A stretch of 51,955 nt of DNA from an uncultured Clostridiaceae bacterium (GCA_946185495.1 CAMHJT010000001.1:1-51955), one strand, 5' to 3'; numbered from the stretch's first letter, positions 26,494-35,320 are shown. Numbers and translations: made by a program. The notes: generated by a model not told the origin, from the sequence alone.

Positions 26494-28029
26494 ATGGCGT
26501 ACAAGACCTTTGCGGCAATTGACATCGGCTCAACGGATGTCACCATGAAAATCTACGAGATCACGGCAAAGAAGGGCTACCGTCTGCTGGATTATGTCAG
26601 CAACATCATCGAGCTGGGATCCGGCACCTACGCGACGGGCTATATTTCCAGAAGCGCTGTGGAGCAGCTGTGTTCCACGCTGCAGCGTTTTGCCAGAAAA
26701 ATGCGGGAGTACGGGACGGTGGATTACAGGGCCTACGCGACCAGCGCGGTGCGCGAGGCCAAAAACAACGCGATGGTGCTGGATCTGTTAAAACAGAGAA
26801 CCGGCTTCAAGGTGGAGATCCTGGGCAATTCAGAGCACCGTTTCCTGATGTATAAGGGACTGGCGGTGAAGTCGGAAAACTTTGAAAAGATTGTGGAGAA
26901 AAACACTGCCATCGTGGATATCGGGGGCGGAAGCATACAGATCTCCATCATGAACAACCAGAAGCTGACGACCACGCAGAATATTTCCATCGGCGCGCTG
27001 CGGGTGCGGGACAGGCTCAAAACCTTCCGCGTGGATGTGGAACATCTGGAGCGGATCATGGAAGAGTTTATCTCCAATGAGATTGAAGCGTTCCGCAGGT
27101 ATTATCTGGGGGATAAATCCATTAAAAATATCATTGCGATCGGCGATGAGACGGCCTGCCTCAAGCAGATCATGCCGGAGCTTAAGATCACGGATCATTT
27201 TGACGAACAGCAGCTCCAGATGGTTCTTGAGAAGCTGGTGAGCCAGAATCCGGCGGATCTGGCCGCGGATTACAAGATTCCGTATGAGCGCGCAACGCTC
27301 CTTCTGCCTGCGGCCATGATCTACGGCGTGTTCCTCAAACAGTCCAAGGCGGACCTGATCTGGATGCCCAATATTGACCTGTGCGACGGAATAATCGTGG
27401 ATGAGATGGAACGGTCGAAAAAGCTGGCCTTCCAGCGCAATTTTACCGATGATATCCGCTCCTCTGTGCAGATGCTCGCGAAGCGCTACTGCTGCAACAA
27501 GGAGCACAATACAAATGTCGCTAGCATCGCCTGCATGATCTTTGACAAGACGAAGAAGATCCATGGCCTTAAAGACAAGGAGCGTCTGCAGCTGGAGATT
27601 GCCGCACTGCTCCATGACTGCGGCAAATTCATCAATATGAACGAGGCGGCGGAGAACGCCTATACGATTATCATGTCGACGGAGATCATCGGCCTGTCCC
27701 AAAGGGAGAGGGAGGAGATCGCCAATATCATCAAGTATAACGCGCTGCAGTTCCCGGATTATCAGGAGCTGGAGGGCTCCATCCGGAACGGCAGCTATAT
27801 GACGATCGCCAAGCTGGTCGCGATCTTGAAGGTGGCCAACGCGATGGACCGTTCCCATAAGCAGAAGGCGAGCGAATACCAGATTGTGGTAAAGGATAAA
27901 CAGCTTCTGATCACCATAGACACCCTGTACGATCTCACGCTGGAGAGGGGTCTGTTTATCAACAAGGCAGAATTTTTTGAACAGGTGTATGGAATCAAGC
28001 CGGTGTTAAGGCAGAAAAGGAGCGTGTAG
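26494..28029 (+). CDS. ppx: Ppx/GppA-family exopolyphosphatase with a C-terminal HD domain
   Basis: It has the ASKHA N-terminus AAIDIGSTDV and DIGGGS. The C-terminal LLHDCGKFI motif is present. It lies adjacent to ppk. Confidence 0.9.
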   Translation: MAYKTFAAIDIGSTDVTMKIYEITAKKGYRLLDYVSNIIELGSGTYATGYISRSAVEQLCSTLQRFARKMREYGTVDYRAYATSAVREAKNNAMVLDLLKQRTGFKVEILGNSEHRFLMYKGLAVKSENFEKIVEKNTAIVDIGGGSIQISIMNNQKLTTTQNISIGALRVRDRLKTFRVDVEHLERIMEEFISNEIEAFRRYYLGDKSIKNIIAIGDETACLKQIMPELKITDHFDEQQLQMVLEKLVSQNPADLAADYKIPYERATLLLPAAMIYGVFLKQSKADLIWMPNIDLCDGIIVDEMERSKKLAFQRNFTDDIRSSVQMLAKRYCCNKEHNTNVASIACMIFDKTKKIHGLKDKERLQLEIAALLHDCGKFINMNEAAENAYTIIMSTEIIGLSQREREEIANIIKYNALQFPDYQELEGSIRNGSYMTIAKLVAILKVANAMDRSHKQKASEYQIVVKDKQLLITIDTLYDLTLERGLFINKAEFFEQVYGIKPVLRQKRSV

Positions 28030-28032
28030 CAT

Positions 28033-30171
28033 ATGAGGGAAAAAAGCAAGTATTTAAAACCGGAATATCTGGAAAACAGGGAGCTTTCATGGCTCCAGTT
28101 TAACAAAAGGATCCTTGCCGAGGCGAAGGACAAGTCGATCCTGTTATTTGAACGTCTCAAGTTTTTGAGCATCACAGCCTCAAACCTGGATGAATTTTTC
28201 ATGATCCGGATCGCCTCGCTGATCGACATGATCCATGCGGAATATACCAAGCGGGACATTGCTGGAATGACGCCGAAGGAACAGCTTGACGCCATCATTC
28301 CGGAGGCCAAGGAGTTTATCACGGACCAGTATAAAACTCTGAACCGTTCCCTGCTCCCACAGCTGGAAAAATGCGGGCTGACGCTGATCCGTCACCATGA
28401 GGACCTGAGCGCGGAACAGGCGGAGTATGTGGACGAGTATTTCCGCAAAAACGTCTATCCGGTGCTGACGCCGATGGCTGTGGACCAGTCAAGGCCGTTT
28501 CCGCTGATCCAGAACCGGACGCTGAATATCGGTGCGCTGATCAAGGACAAGAAGCAGGAAGATGTGGTGGACATCGCCACGGTGCAGGTGCCGGGTGTAC
28601 TGCCGCGGATCATCCGCGTTCCTTCAGAAAAGGAGGGAGAGACGGCGATCATTCTGCTGGAAGAGGTGATCGAGCGGAATCTTGACAAGCTGTTCCTGAA
28701 TTATACCGTCCTTTCCGCGCATCCCTACCGCGTTATGCGAAACGCCGACCTCACGATTGACGAGGAGGAGGCTGCCGACCTGCTGAAAGAGATTGAGAAG
28801 CAGTTAAAGCAGCGCCAGTGGGGCGAGGTGATCCGCCTGGAGGTTGCCGATACCATGGACCGCCGGCTGCAGAAGAAGCTGATGGAGCAGCTTGGCGTGG
28901 AGGAAAACTATGTTTACAAGATCAAGGGACCGCTGGATCTCACATTCCTGATGAAGGTTTACGGACTGGAGGGCTTTGAGGAGCATAAGGTGCCTAAATA
29001 TATTCCACAGCCGGTTCCCGGACTTGACAGGGAGCAGGGGATATTTGAGCAGATCCGGGAGCATGACATCCTGCTGCATCACCCGTACTATGAGTTTACG
29101 CCTGTTGTGGATTTCATCTCACAGGCGGCCAATGATCCCAATGTGCTGGCGATCAAGCAGACGCTCTACCGCGTAAGCGGAAATTCCCCGATTGTCGCGT
29201 CGCTGGCGAGGGCGGCGGAAAACGGCAAGCAGGTGACAGTGTTGGTGGAGCTGAAGGCCCGTTTCGACGAGGAAAACAATATCGGCTGGGCGAAGATGCT
29301 GGAGAAGGCGGGCTGCCATGTCATTTACGGCCTTGTCGGATTAAAGACGCACTCCAAGATCGCGCTCGTGGTTCGCCGGGAGGAAGAGGGGATCAAGCGG
29401 TATGTGCATCTTGGCACAGGCAATTACAATGATGTGACCGCTAAACTCTATACGGATATGGGACTTCTCACCTGCAACGATGCGATCGGCGAGGATGCGA
29501 CGGCGGTGTTTAACATGCTCTCCGGCTACTCGGAGCCGCCGGCCTGGAATAAGCTGATGGTTGCGCCGATCTGGATGAAGGACCAGTTCCTGATGCTGAT
29601 CGGCAGGGAGGCGGACAACGCGAAAAAGGGCAAGGAGGCGCGGATCGTTGCCAAGATGAACGCGCTCTGCGATCCGGATATCATTGAGGCGCTTTACAAG
29701 GCCAGCGCCGCAGGCGTAAAGATCGAGCTGATCGTCAGGGGCATCTGCTGCCTGAAGGTCGGAATTCCCGGCATTTCCGAGAATATCCAGGTGCGCTCTA
29801 TTGTGGGCAATTTCCTGGAGCATGCGAGGATTTTCTATTTTTACAATGGAGGCTTTGAGGATGTCTTCATGGGCAGCGCGGACTGGATGCCCAGAAATCT
29901 GGACAAGCGGGTGGAGATCACATTTCCTGTGGAGGATGAGACACAGAAGCAGCGCGTCATCGACATCCTGAAGCTGCAGCTTAAGGATAATCTGAAAGCG
30001 CATATTCTGCTGCCGGGTGGCCGGGAATATGAGAAGCCGGATCTGCGGGGACAGGAGAAGATCAGCTCCCAAGCGGAATTCTGCCGGATTGCGATGCAGA
30101 AAAAGCCAAAATTGGATGAAACTGTGGTCAAGCATGTGTTTGAACCTATCGTTGCCAGCGAAAAAAAGTGA
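28033..30171 (+). CDS. ppk: polyphosphate kinase 1
   Basis: The protein is 712 aa, with N-terminal NRELSWLQFNKRIL and PLD-like HxK motifs (LKTHSKIALV, FLEHARIF). Confidence 0.95.
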   Translation: MREKSKYLKPEYLENRELSWLQFNKRILAEAKDKSILLFERLKFLSITASNLDEFFMIRIASLIDMIHAEYTKRDIAGMTPKEQLDAIIPEAKEFITDQYKTLNRSLLPQLEKCGLTLIRHHEDLSAEQAEYVDEYFRKNVYPVLTPMAVDQSRPFPLIQNRTLNIGALIKDKKQEDVVDIATVQVPGVLPRIIRVPSEKEGETAIILLEEVIERNLDKLFLNYTVLSAHPYRVMRNADLTIDEEEAADLLKEIEKQLKQRQWGEVIRLEVADTMDRRLQKKLMEQLGVEENYVYKIKGPLDLTFLMKVYGLEGFEEHKVPKYIPQPVPGLDREQGIFEQIREHDILLHHPYYEFTPVVDFISQAANDPNVLAIKQTLYRVSGNSPIVASLARAAENGKQVTVLVELKARFDEENNIGWAKMLEKAGCHVIYGLVGLKTHSKIALVVRREEEGIKRYVHLGTGNYNDVTAKLYTDMGLLTCNDAIGEDATAVFNMLSGYSEPPAWNKLMVAPIWMKDQFLMLIGREADNAKKGKEARIVAKMNALCDPDIIEALYKASAAGVKIELIVRGICCLKVGIPGISENIQVRSIVGNFLEHARIFYFYNGGFEDVFMGSADWMPRNLDKRVEITFPVEDETQKQRVIDILKLQLKDNLKAHILLPGGREYEKPDLRGQEKISSQAEFCRIAMQKKPKLDETVVKHVFEPIVASEKK

Positions 30172-30288
30172 TGGTGAGAATTGCTTTTGCCGTAAGGCTT
30201 CCGTCGGATCGTTCATTGGCTGATGGGGGAACTGTTACAAAGCATGCTCCTGGTGATGGGAAAAATGACAAAAAGTGAGGGGAAACTC

Positions 30289-30317
30289 TTGACGGGAGCG
30301 AAAGAATGTGGTATGAT
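30289..30317 (+). promoter_or_regulatory. sigma-A promoter with extended -10 for infC-rpmI-rplT
   Basis: TTGACG (30289-30294), a 17-nt spacer ending in TGG, then TATGAT (30312-30317). Confidence 0.65.
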
Positions 30318-30324
30318 ATTTTGG

Positions 30325-30478
30325 TCGTATGACAGAGATGACGAAGCAGAGTATCCACTCTCACCTTAGCGCATGGGGCGACTCGGGTTATTTGATTGTA
30401 ATAGAGCGGTAGTGGCAGATTGATGTGCCGATGGTCTATAATCGAAGTGGATGGCTTGTGCTGTCCACTTTTTCTTTT
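30325..30478 (+). promoter_or_regulatory. structured infC leader with an attenuator, consistent with the Firmicutes L20 leader
   Basis: A ~150-nt leader lies between the promoter and infC and ends in an intrinsic terminator. This position matches the L20-responsive attenuator known in B. subtilis. Sequence-level identity to that family was not verified. Confidence 0.5.
30447..30478 (+). terminator. leader (attenuator) terminator upstream of infC
   Basis: GTGGATGGC-TTGT-GCTGTCCAC (9 bp including 2 G-U pairs) followed by TTTTTCTTTT. Confidence 0.7.
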
Positions 30479-30537
30479 GTCGTAGGGACATGTGGGATGG
30501 AGACAATTTGTAACATTTGAGATGGAGGTATGGGACC

Positions 30538-31044
30538 ATTAGCGAGTTAATGATTAATGAGCAGATTCGTGACAGGGAAGTCCGGTTAATCGGGACGAAC
30601 GGAGAACAGCTTGGAGTGATGCCCACAAGAGAGGCAATGAGAATGGCGAGAGAGGCTGAGCTTGATCTGGTGAAGATCGCGCCGACCGCGAAGCCGCCGG
30701 TGTGCAAGATTATTGATTATGGAAAATACCGGTACGAGATGGCCAGAAAAGAGAAGGAAGCTAAGAAGAAGCAGCGGATCATTGAGATCAAGGAGGTTCG
30801 TCTGTCACCGAATATCGATACCAACGATCTGAATACGAAGGTGAACCAGGCAAGGAAGTTCCTGTCTAAGGGTGACAAGGTGAAGGTGACGCTTCGTTTC
30901 AGGGGAAGAGAGCTTGCGCATGTGAACCAGAGCAAGGTGATCCTCGACCAGTTCGCGGAGCAGCTTTCGGATGTTGCGGTTGTCGAGAAGCCTGCAAAAT
31001 TTGAGGGAAGAAGCATGATCATGTTCCTTGCGGAAAAACGCTAG
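30538..31044 (+). CDS. infC: translation initiation factor IF-3
   Basis: [14 protein letters not shown]...[15 protein letters not shown] are typical IF-3 blocks. The proposed start is ATT at 30538, 9 nt after GGAGG (30524-30528). The in-frame TTG 30517 and ATG 30550 lack an SD. Confidence 0.85.
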   Translation: MSELMINEQIRDREVRLIGTNGEQLGVMPTREAMRMAREAELDLVKIAPTAKPPVCKIIDYGKYRYEMARKEKEAKKKQRIIEIKEVRLSPNIDTNDLNTKVNQARKFLSKGDKVKVTLRFRGRELAHVNQSKVILDQFAEQLSDVAVVEKPAKFEGRSMIMFLAEKR

Positions 31045-31231
31045 GAATGTTGTTTATGATCGCGGAGCCTCCGCAAGGAAGACGCCGGCCATACCGGCAA
31101 AAGGCCCGCGGCGGGCAGGTTTTACCTGCCTGGTTATGAATTCACATAAGGTGAGGAGCTTCGGGCATGGAGCCTGCGGATCCGGATCATGGGGTGACCA
31201 TGAGACAATTGATTTTAAGGAGGAAATGGTA

Positions 31232-31429
31232 ATGCCAAAATTAAAGACAAACAGAGCAGCCGCTAAGCGGTTTACAAAGACAGGAACTGGTAAATTAAAG
31301 AGAAATAAAGCTTACAAGCGTCACATCTTGACAAAGAAGACAGCGAAGAAGAAGAGAGAACTGAGAAGAGCAGTGATGATGGATCACACAAACGAGAAGG
31401 TCATGAAGAAGATCTTACCGTATCTGTAA
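31232..31429 (+). CDS. rpmI: 50S ribosomal protein L35
   Basis: [33 protein letters not shown], 65 aa, with AAGGAGGAAA upstream. Confidence 0.95.
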   Translation: MPKLKTNRAAAKRFTKTGTGKLKRNKAYKRHILTKKTAKKKRELRRAVMMDHTNEKVMKKILPYL

Positions 31430-31472
31430 GGAGCACACCATATCTGTATGATAGAATTAGGAGGAAATAAAA

Positions 31473-31829
31473 ATGGCAAGAGTGAAAGGCGGCGTAGGCG
31501 CTAAGAAGAGACATAATAGAACATTAAAGCTGGCAAAGGGCTATAGGGGAGCAAGATCCAAGCAGTACAGAGTTGCAAAGCAGTCTGTGATGAGAGCGCT
31601 GGCATCCTCATACGCAGGAAGAAAGCAGAGAAAGAGACAGTTCAGACGTCTTTGGATCGCACGTATCAATGCGGCAGCCAGAATGAACGGGTTATCCTAC
31701 AGCAAGTTCATGTATGGCTTAAAGCTTGCGGGAGTGGATATGAACCGCAAGATGCTCGCAGAGCTGGCTGTATCAGATGCGGAAGGTTTTGCAAAGCTGG
31801 TTGAGGTTGCAAAAGCGAAGCTTGCTTAA
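31473..31829 (+). CDS. rplT: 50S ribosomal protein L20
   Basis: [29 protein letters not shown], 118 aa. Confidence 0.97.
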   Translation: MARVKGGVGAKKRHNRTLKLAKGYRGARSKQYRVAKQSVMRALASSYAGRKQRKRQFRRLWIARINAAARMNGLSYSKFMYGLKLAGVDMNRKMLAELAVSDAEGFAKLVEVAKAKLA

Positions 31830-31930
31830 GAAGGTGCGGCATAAGTGTATATCCGATTTATCTGCGGCGGGAATTTGTGAAGATGAAGAGGATATGCTGC
31901 TCCAATAGAAAATAATTATGGAATGAGATG

Positions 31931-31973
31931 GATCATGGCTTGCGGCATGCTGCCGCAGGTCATGATCCTTTTT
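31931..31973 (+). terminator. intrinsic terminator of the infC operon
   Basis: A 17-bp stem GATCATGGCTTGCGGCA / TGCCGCAGGTCATGATC with loop TGC, followed by CTTTTT. Confidence 0.7.
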
Positions 31974-32004
31974 CATAGAGCCGGCGGCAGGGGGGAGCCT
32001 TTCG

Positions 32005-32102
32005 TCAATCCTGAGGAAGTTTTTTAACAGGAAGTGGTCCGCTTTTCACCGGATATACAGGTTTCAAGAGTGTAGCTGAACTATCCGGAGGAAGCCATCC
32101 GG
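32005..32102 (-). repeat. decayed partial copy of the family-2 element (see 50591-50775)
   Basis: By hand alignment, the reverse complement of 32061-32102 matches 50625-50666 at 31 of 42 positions (CCGGAnGGCTTCC...GATAGTTCA..TACACT). The other arm shares TCCTCAGGA. No terminal repeat and no rod-like pairing is retained. Confidence 0.4.
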
Positions 32103-32153
32103 CTGATTGTTGCGAAATTGTAAGGAATTGTATTGCATTTAGTGAAAATTAAG

Positions 32154-32182
32154 TAGATTCGTGCAGAAAGATGTGGTATAAT
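32154..32182 (+). promoter_or_regulatory. extended -10 promoter upstream of pssA
   Basis: GATGTGGTATAAT (TGnTATAAT) with a weak -35 TAGATT at 17-nt spacing. Confidence 0.45.
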
Positions 32183-32270
32183 GATTAAAGTTTGGAGCGC
32201 ATCGGTGGAGAAACGTGTGTTCCGCACTCCTGTTTGACAGAGGAGTATTTCTTTGGAGAAGGATGGTTAT

Positions 32271-32921
32271 ATGATTGGATATTGGGACTACACAGTGATA
32301 CTGACATTCATGGGTCTCACAAGTACCGTGATGGGTATGGTGATGGCGCATGAGGGGAATTATACACAGGCAATCTTTTTTCTTGCCCTTTCGGGATTGT
32401 TCGATACCTTTGACGGCAAGGTTGCCAGATCGAAGAAAAACAGGACGGAGGATGAGAAGGCTTATGGCATTCAGCTGGATTCGCTGTGCGATGTGATCTG
32501 TTTTGGCGTGTTCCCGGCAATTCTCTGTTTTCAGATGGGCATGAGGAATTATCTGGGAATTGCCATTATGGTCTTTTACTGCATTGCTGCAGTGACAAGG
32601 CTGGCATATTTTAATGTGCTGGAGACCAGCCGGCAGCAGACGGAGGAGGGAGCCAACAAGTATTACCACGGGCTTCCGGTGACCAGCATTGCAGTGATCT
32701 TCCCGCTCATGTACCTGATCAGTTACTGGATCGCGAGAGACATGAAGACAGCGGCATTGGAGATTATGCTGGGTGTAACGGGTCTTTTGTTTATTTTGGA
32801 CTTCAAGCTCAAGAAGCCGAATAACCGTCAGCTCGCTGCCTGGATCGTGCTGGTCGTACTGGTACTTCTGGTGTCTACTTATTTTTACCACAAGAGCTGG
32901 CTGAGCCATTTGGGAATGTAG
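32271..32921 (+). CDS. pssA: CDP-alcohol phosphatidyltransferase, probable phosphatidylserine synthase
   Basis: It has the motif DTFDGKVAR...G..LDSLCD and is multi-TM. It lies directly upstream of psd. The ATG at 32271 follows GGAGAAGGA. Confidence 0.82.
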   Translation: MIGYWDYTVILTFMGLTSTVMGMVMAHEGNYTQAIFFLALSGLFDTFDGKVARSKKNRTEDEKAYGIQLDSLCDVICFGVFPAILCFQMGMRNYLGIAIMVFYCIAAVTRLAYFNVLETSRQQTEEGANKYYHGLPVTSIAVIFPLMYLISYWIARDMKTAALEIMLGVTGLLFILDFKLKKPNNRQLAAWIVLVVLVLLVSTYFYHKSWLSHLGM

Positions 32922-32996
32922 TGACAGTTCCGGCGTGCCGGATCAGGCAGAGTCGGAACGGTTATGGAATGCAGATAGATGACAGGAGAGACGCGT

Positions 32997-33809
32997 ATGC
33001 ACTTGACGGAGATATTATACCGGACAATACCGGGGAGAATGCTTTTGAAGTGCCTGATCTGCCCTTGCGTTTCCATGCGGGTGGGAAGATGGATGGATAC
33101 AGGCGTGTCGAAGGCGTTGATCCCTCTTTTTGTGAAGTGGAATGGAATCAGCCTGGAGGACTATGCGCCCTGCAGATATGATTCCTTTAATTCTTTTTTT
33201 ACCCGGCAGATCCGGGAGGGCGGACGGCAGATAGAGATGGATCCGGACAAGCTGATTGCGCCCTGTGACGGCAGGCTGACGGTCTGCAGGATAGACGCAG
33301 ACAGCAGATTTGAGATCAAGGGACGTCCGTACACGATGCGGGAGCTTGTGCGGAGCAGCCAGCTGGAGGAGCGTTTTAGAGGCGGCGTGCTGCTGCTTTT
33401 TCGCCTGACAGTATCGGATTACCACAGATACTGCTATCCACTGGACGCCAAAAAGACAAAAAACTATCACCTGAACGGAGTGTTCCACACGGTTCATCCG
33501 GTGGCTGCGGCAGAGCGGCCGATCTATAAGGAAAATACAAGGGAATTTTTCATTCTGAAAAATACATGCTTTGGGAACGTCCTGATGATGCAGGTGGGAG
33601 CGCTTCTGGTAGGGCGTATTGTCAACCATCACCAAAAAGCGGAGGTGACGCGTGGGCAGGAGGCAGGCATGTTTCAGTATGGCGGCTCGACTGTGATCTT
33701 ATGCATGGAGCCGGGAAAGGTGCGGATCAGGGAGGATATCCTGTCAGCCTCAGCGGAGGGGGCCGAGACGGTTGTGCGCATGGGTGAGGTGGTTGGAGAA
33801 CTGCTGTAG
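32997..33809 (+). CDS. psd: phosphatidylserine decarboxylase proenzyme
   Basis: The self-cleavage site context FQYGGSTVIL (GST) is present. The ATG at 32997 follows AGGAGAG. Confidence 0.88.
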   Translation: MHLTEILYRTIPGRMLLKCLICPCVSMRVGRWMDTGVSKALIPLFVKWNGISLEDYAPCRYDSFNSFFTRQIREGGRQIEMDPDKLIAPCDGRLTVCRIDADSRFEIKGRPYTMRELVRSSQLEERFRGGVLLLFRLTVSDYHRYCYPLDAKKTKNYHLNGVFHTVHPVAAAERPIYKENTREFFILKNTCFGNVLMMQVGALLVGRIVNHHQKAEVTRGQEAGMFQYGGSTVILCMEPGKVRIREDILSASAEGAETVVRMGEVVGELL

Positions 33810-33826
33810 AGAAGATAAAAAGATGC

Positions 33827-33855
33827 TTTACATCTATCGCAAAATAAGATAAAAT
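33827..33855 (+). promoter_or_regulatory. sigma-A promoter for rubredoxin
   Basis: TTTACA, a 17-nt spacer, then TAAAAT. Confidence 0.55.
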
Positions 33856-33927
33856 ATGTATATTAAATGTGCGAAAACATGGAGCCAACAGGCGACGTGA
33901 AAAATATGAGAAAAGGAGGTACTGCAT

Positions 33928-34092
33928 ATGGATAAGTATTTTTGCAATCCCTGCGGTTATACCTATGATCCGGAGAAGGGGGATCCTGAGCATGGCATTG
34001 CTCCGGGCACTGCATTTGAGGATATTCCGGATGACTGGGTATGCCCGATGTGCGGCGTAGATAAGAGTATGTTCCAGAGAGTGATCGCGTGA
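33928..34092 (+). CDS. rubredoxin (54 aa; below the ORF-track length cutoff)
   Basis: Hand translation gives [54 protein letters not shown]. Both CxxCG knuckles and the DDW motif are present. AAAGGAGG lies 8 nt upstream. Confidence 0.9.
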   Translation: MDKYFCNPCGYTYDPEKGDPEHGIAPGTAFEDIPDDWVCPMCGVDKSMFQRVIA

Positions 34093-34456
34093 TCCGGTAT
34101 TACGGCTTATGAGGCCTGTGCGGTTTTTTGCATCATACCTGGTGGCGGGATATCGCACAGGCCGGATTGCGTCATTGGAAGATTTGTGCGTTGTCATCAG
34201 TCGGTGCGTTCCGCTATGCCTGATGCTTCTGCCTGATAGCTGATGTAAATCTTTCAGGAATGATCTCAAAAATGATTGGGACGATACACTGGGAATGGAG
34301 CGGGATCAAGGCTGCTCCATTTTCTTTGCCGAAAACTCCGGCACACGGAATCAGGAGGGGAAGGATGGTATCCACATTTGGATTCGGGAGACGGAATCGT
34401 GGGACAGAATTGAGAAATAGAGCTGTGAGATCGATTTATGAGATGGAGAGGATTGT

Positions 34457-35320
34457 ATGAAGGAGTATAAGAATTATATTTTTGACCTGTATGGTACGCT
34501 TGTCGATGTCAAGACGGATGAGGAGCAGCCGTATTTGTGGGAGTTCCTGGCGCAGGTGTATGGAAGCTATGGCTGTGACTGGGAGGCGGATGAACTCAAA
34601 CAGGCATACTGCCGGAAAGTGGAGGAGGAGGAGAAGGCTTTACGGGAAAAGTCAGGTTATGCCTTTCCGGAGATCCGGCTGGAGCGGGTGTTTGCCAGAC
34701 TTCTTTTTGAAGCGCCGGTCAGGCATTCTTCAAGCGCTTGTATTGCGGGCAAGACCATGGATCAGCTGTATGAATGGTACAGCGAGCAGAGTGAAGCTGT
34801 GATCAGTGAGATCATGAAGAGCGAGTGGGCGTACCTGCTGTCCAATCAGTTCAGAATTTCTTCCAGAATCCGCCTTAAGCCATATGAAAAGACGTTTCAT
34901 GTGTTAGAGCAGTTGAGGGCGGCGGGCAAGAAGGTCTATCTGCTATCGAACGCGCAATATATGTTTACAATGCCTGAACTGGAAATAACGGGGCTGCTTC
35001 CGTGTTTTGACGCGTTTTACATTTCCTCGGATGCAGGAATCAAAAAACCGCAGCCGGAGTATATGCAGAAGCTGCTTTCAGAGCAGGGGCTTTCTGTGGA
35101 GGATTGCGTCATGATCGGAAATGAGGTGCGAAGCGATATTGCGGTCGCGATGATGTGCGGAATGGACAGCATTTATCTGAATACCTTTAATCTGACGGAA
35201 GAAGAGATAGAGGCGCAGCTGGACAAGCTGGTTGAGAATGTGAAAGCAGCTGGACAGGAGCCGGAGAAGATCAGGCGTCCGGATATTATATTGTCGGGCG
35301 AGATCAGCGAGATTCTTTGA
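34457..35320 (+). CDS. HAD-superfamily hydrolase (DxYGT motif-I variant, large cap insert)
   Basis: Motif I is FDLYGTLVDV, followed by LLSNAQ and IGNEVRSDI. The substrate is unknown. Confidence 0.8.
   Translation: MKEYKNYIFDLYGTLVDVKTDEEQPYLWEFLAQVYGSYGCDWEADELKQAYCRKVEEEEKALREKSGYAFPEIRLERVFARLLFEAPVRHSSSACIAGKTMDQLYEWYSEQSEAVISEIMKSEWAYLLSNQFRISSRIRLKPYEKTFHVLEQLRAAGKKVYLLSNAQYMFTMPELEITGLLPCFDAFYISSDAGIKKPQPEYMQKLLSEQGLSVEDCVMIGNEVRSDIAVAMMCGMDSIYLNTFNLTEEEIEAQLDKLVENVKAAGQEPEKIRRPDIILSGEISEIL

Noticed and set aside
30228-30237. A third occurrence of GAACTGTTAC (family-2 terminus core) 57 nt after ppk.
   Set aside because: Only 10 nt match, there is no flanking similarity to the element and no partner arm. 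This is compatible with chance in a 52-kb window.
31028-31231. An in-frame 68-codon N-terminal extension of the rpmI ORF.
   Set aside because: The canonical L35 N-terminus MPKLKT begins at 31232 with a perfect SD. The extension overlaps the infC 3' end, and its translation has no protein-like features.
34260-34460. A 66-codon ORF just upstream of the HAD gene.
   Set aside because: It has no SD, an Arg/Gly-rich low-complexity translation, and overlaps the HAD start. I treat it as non-coding leader.
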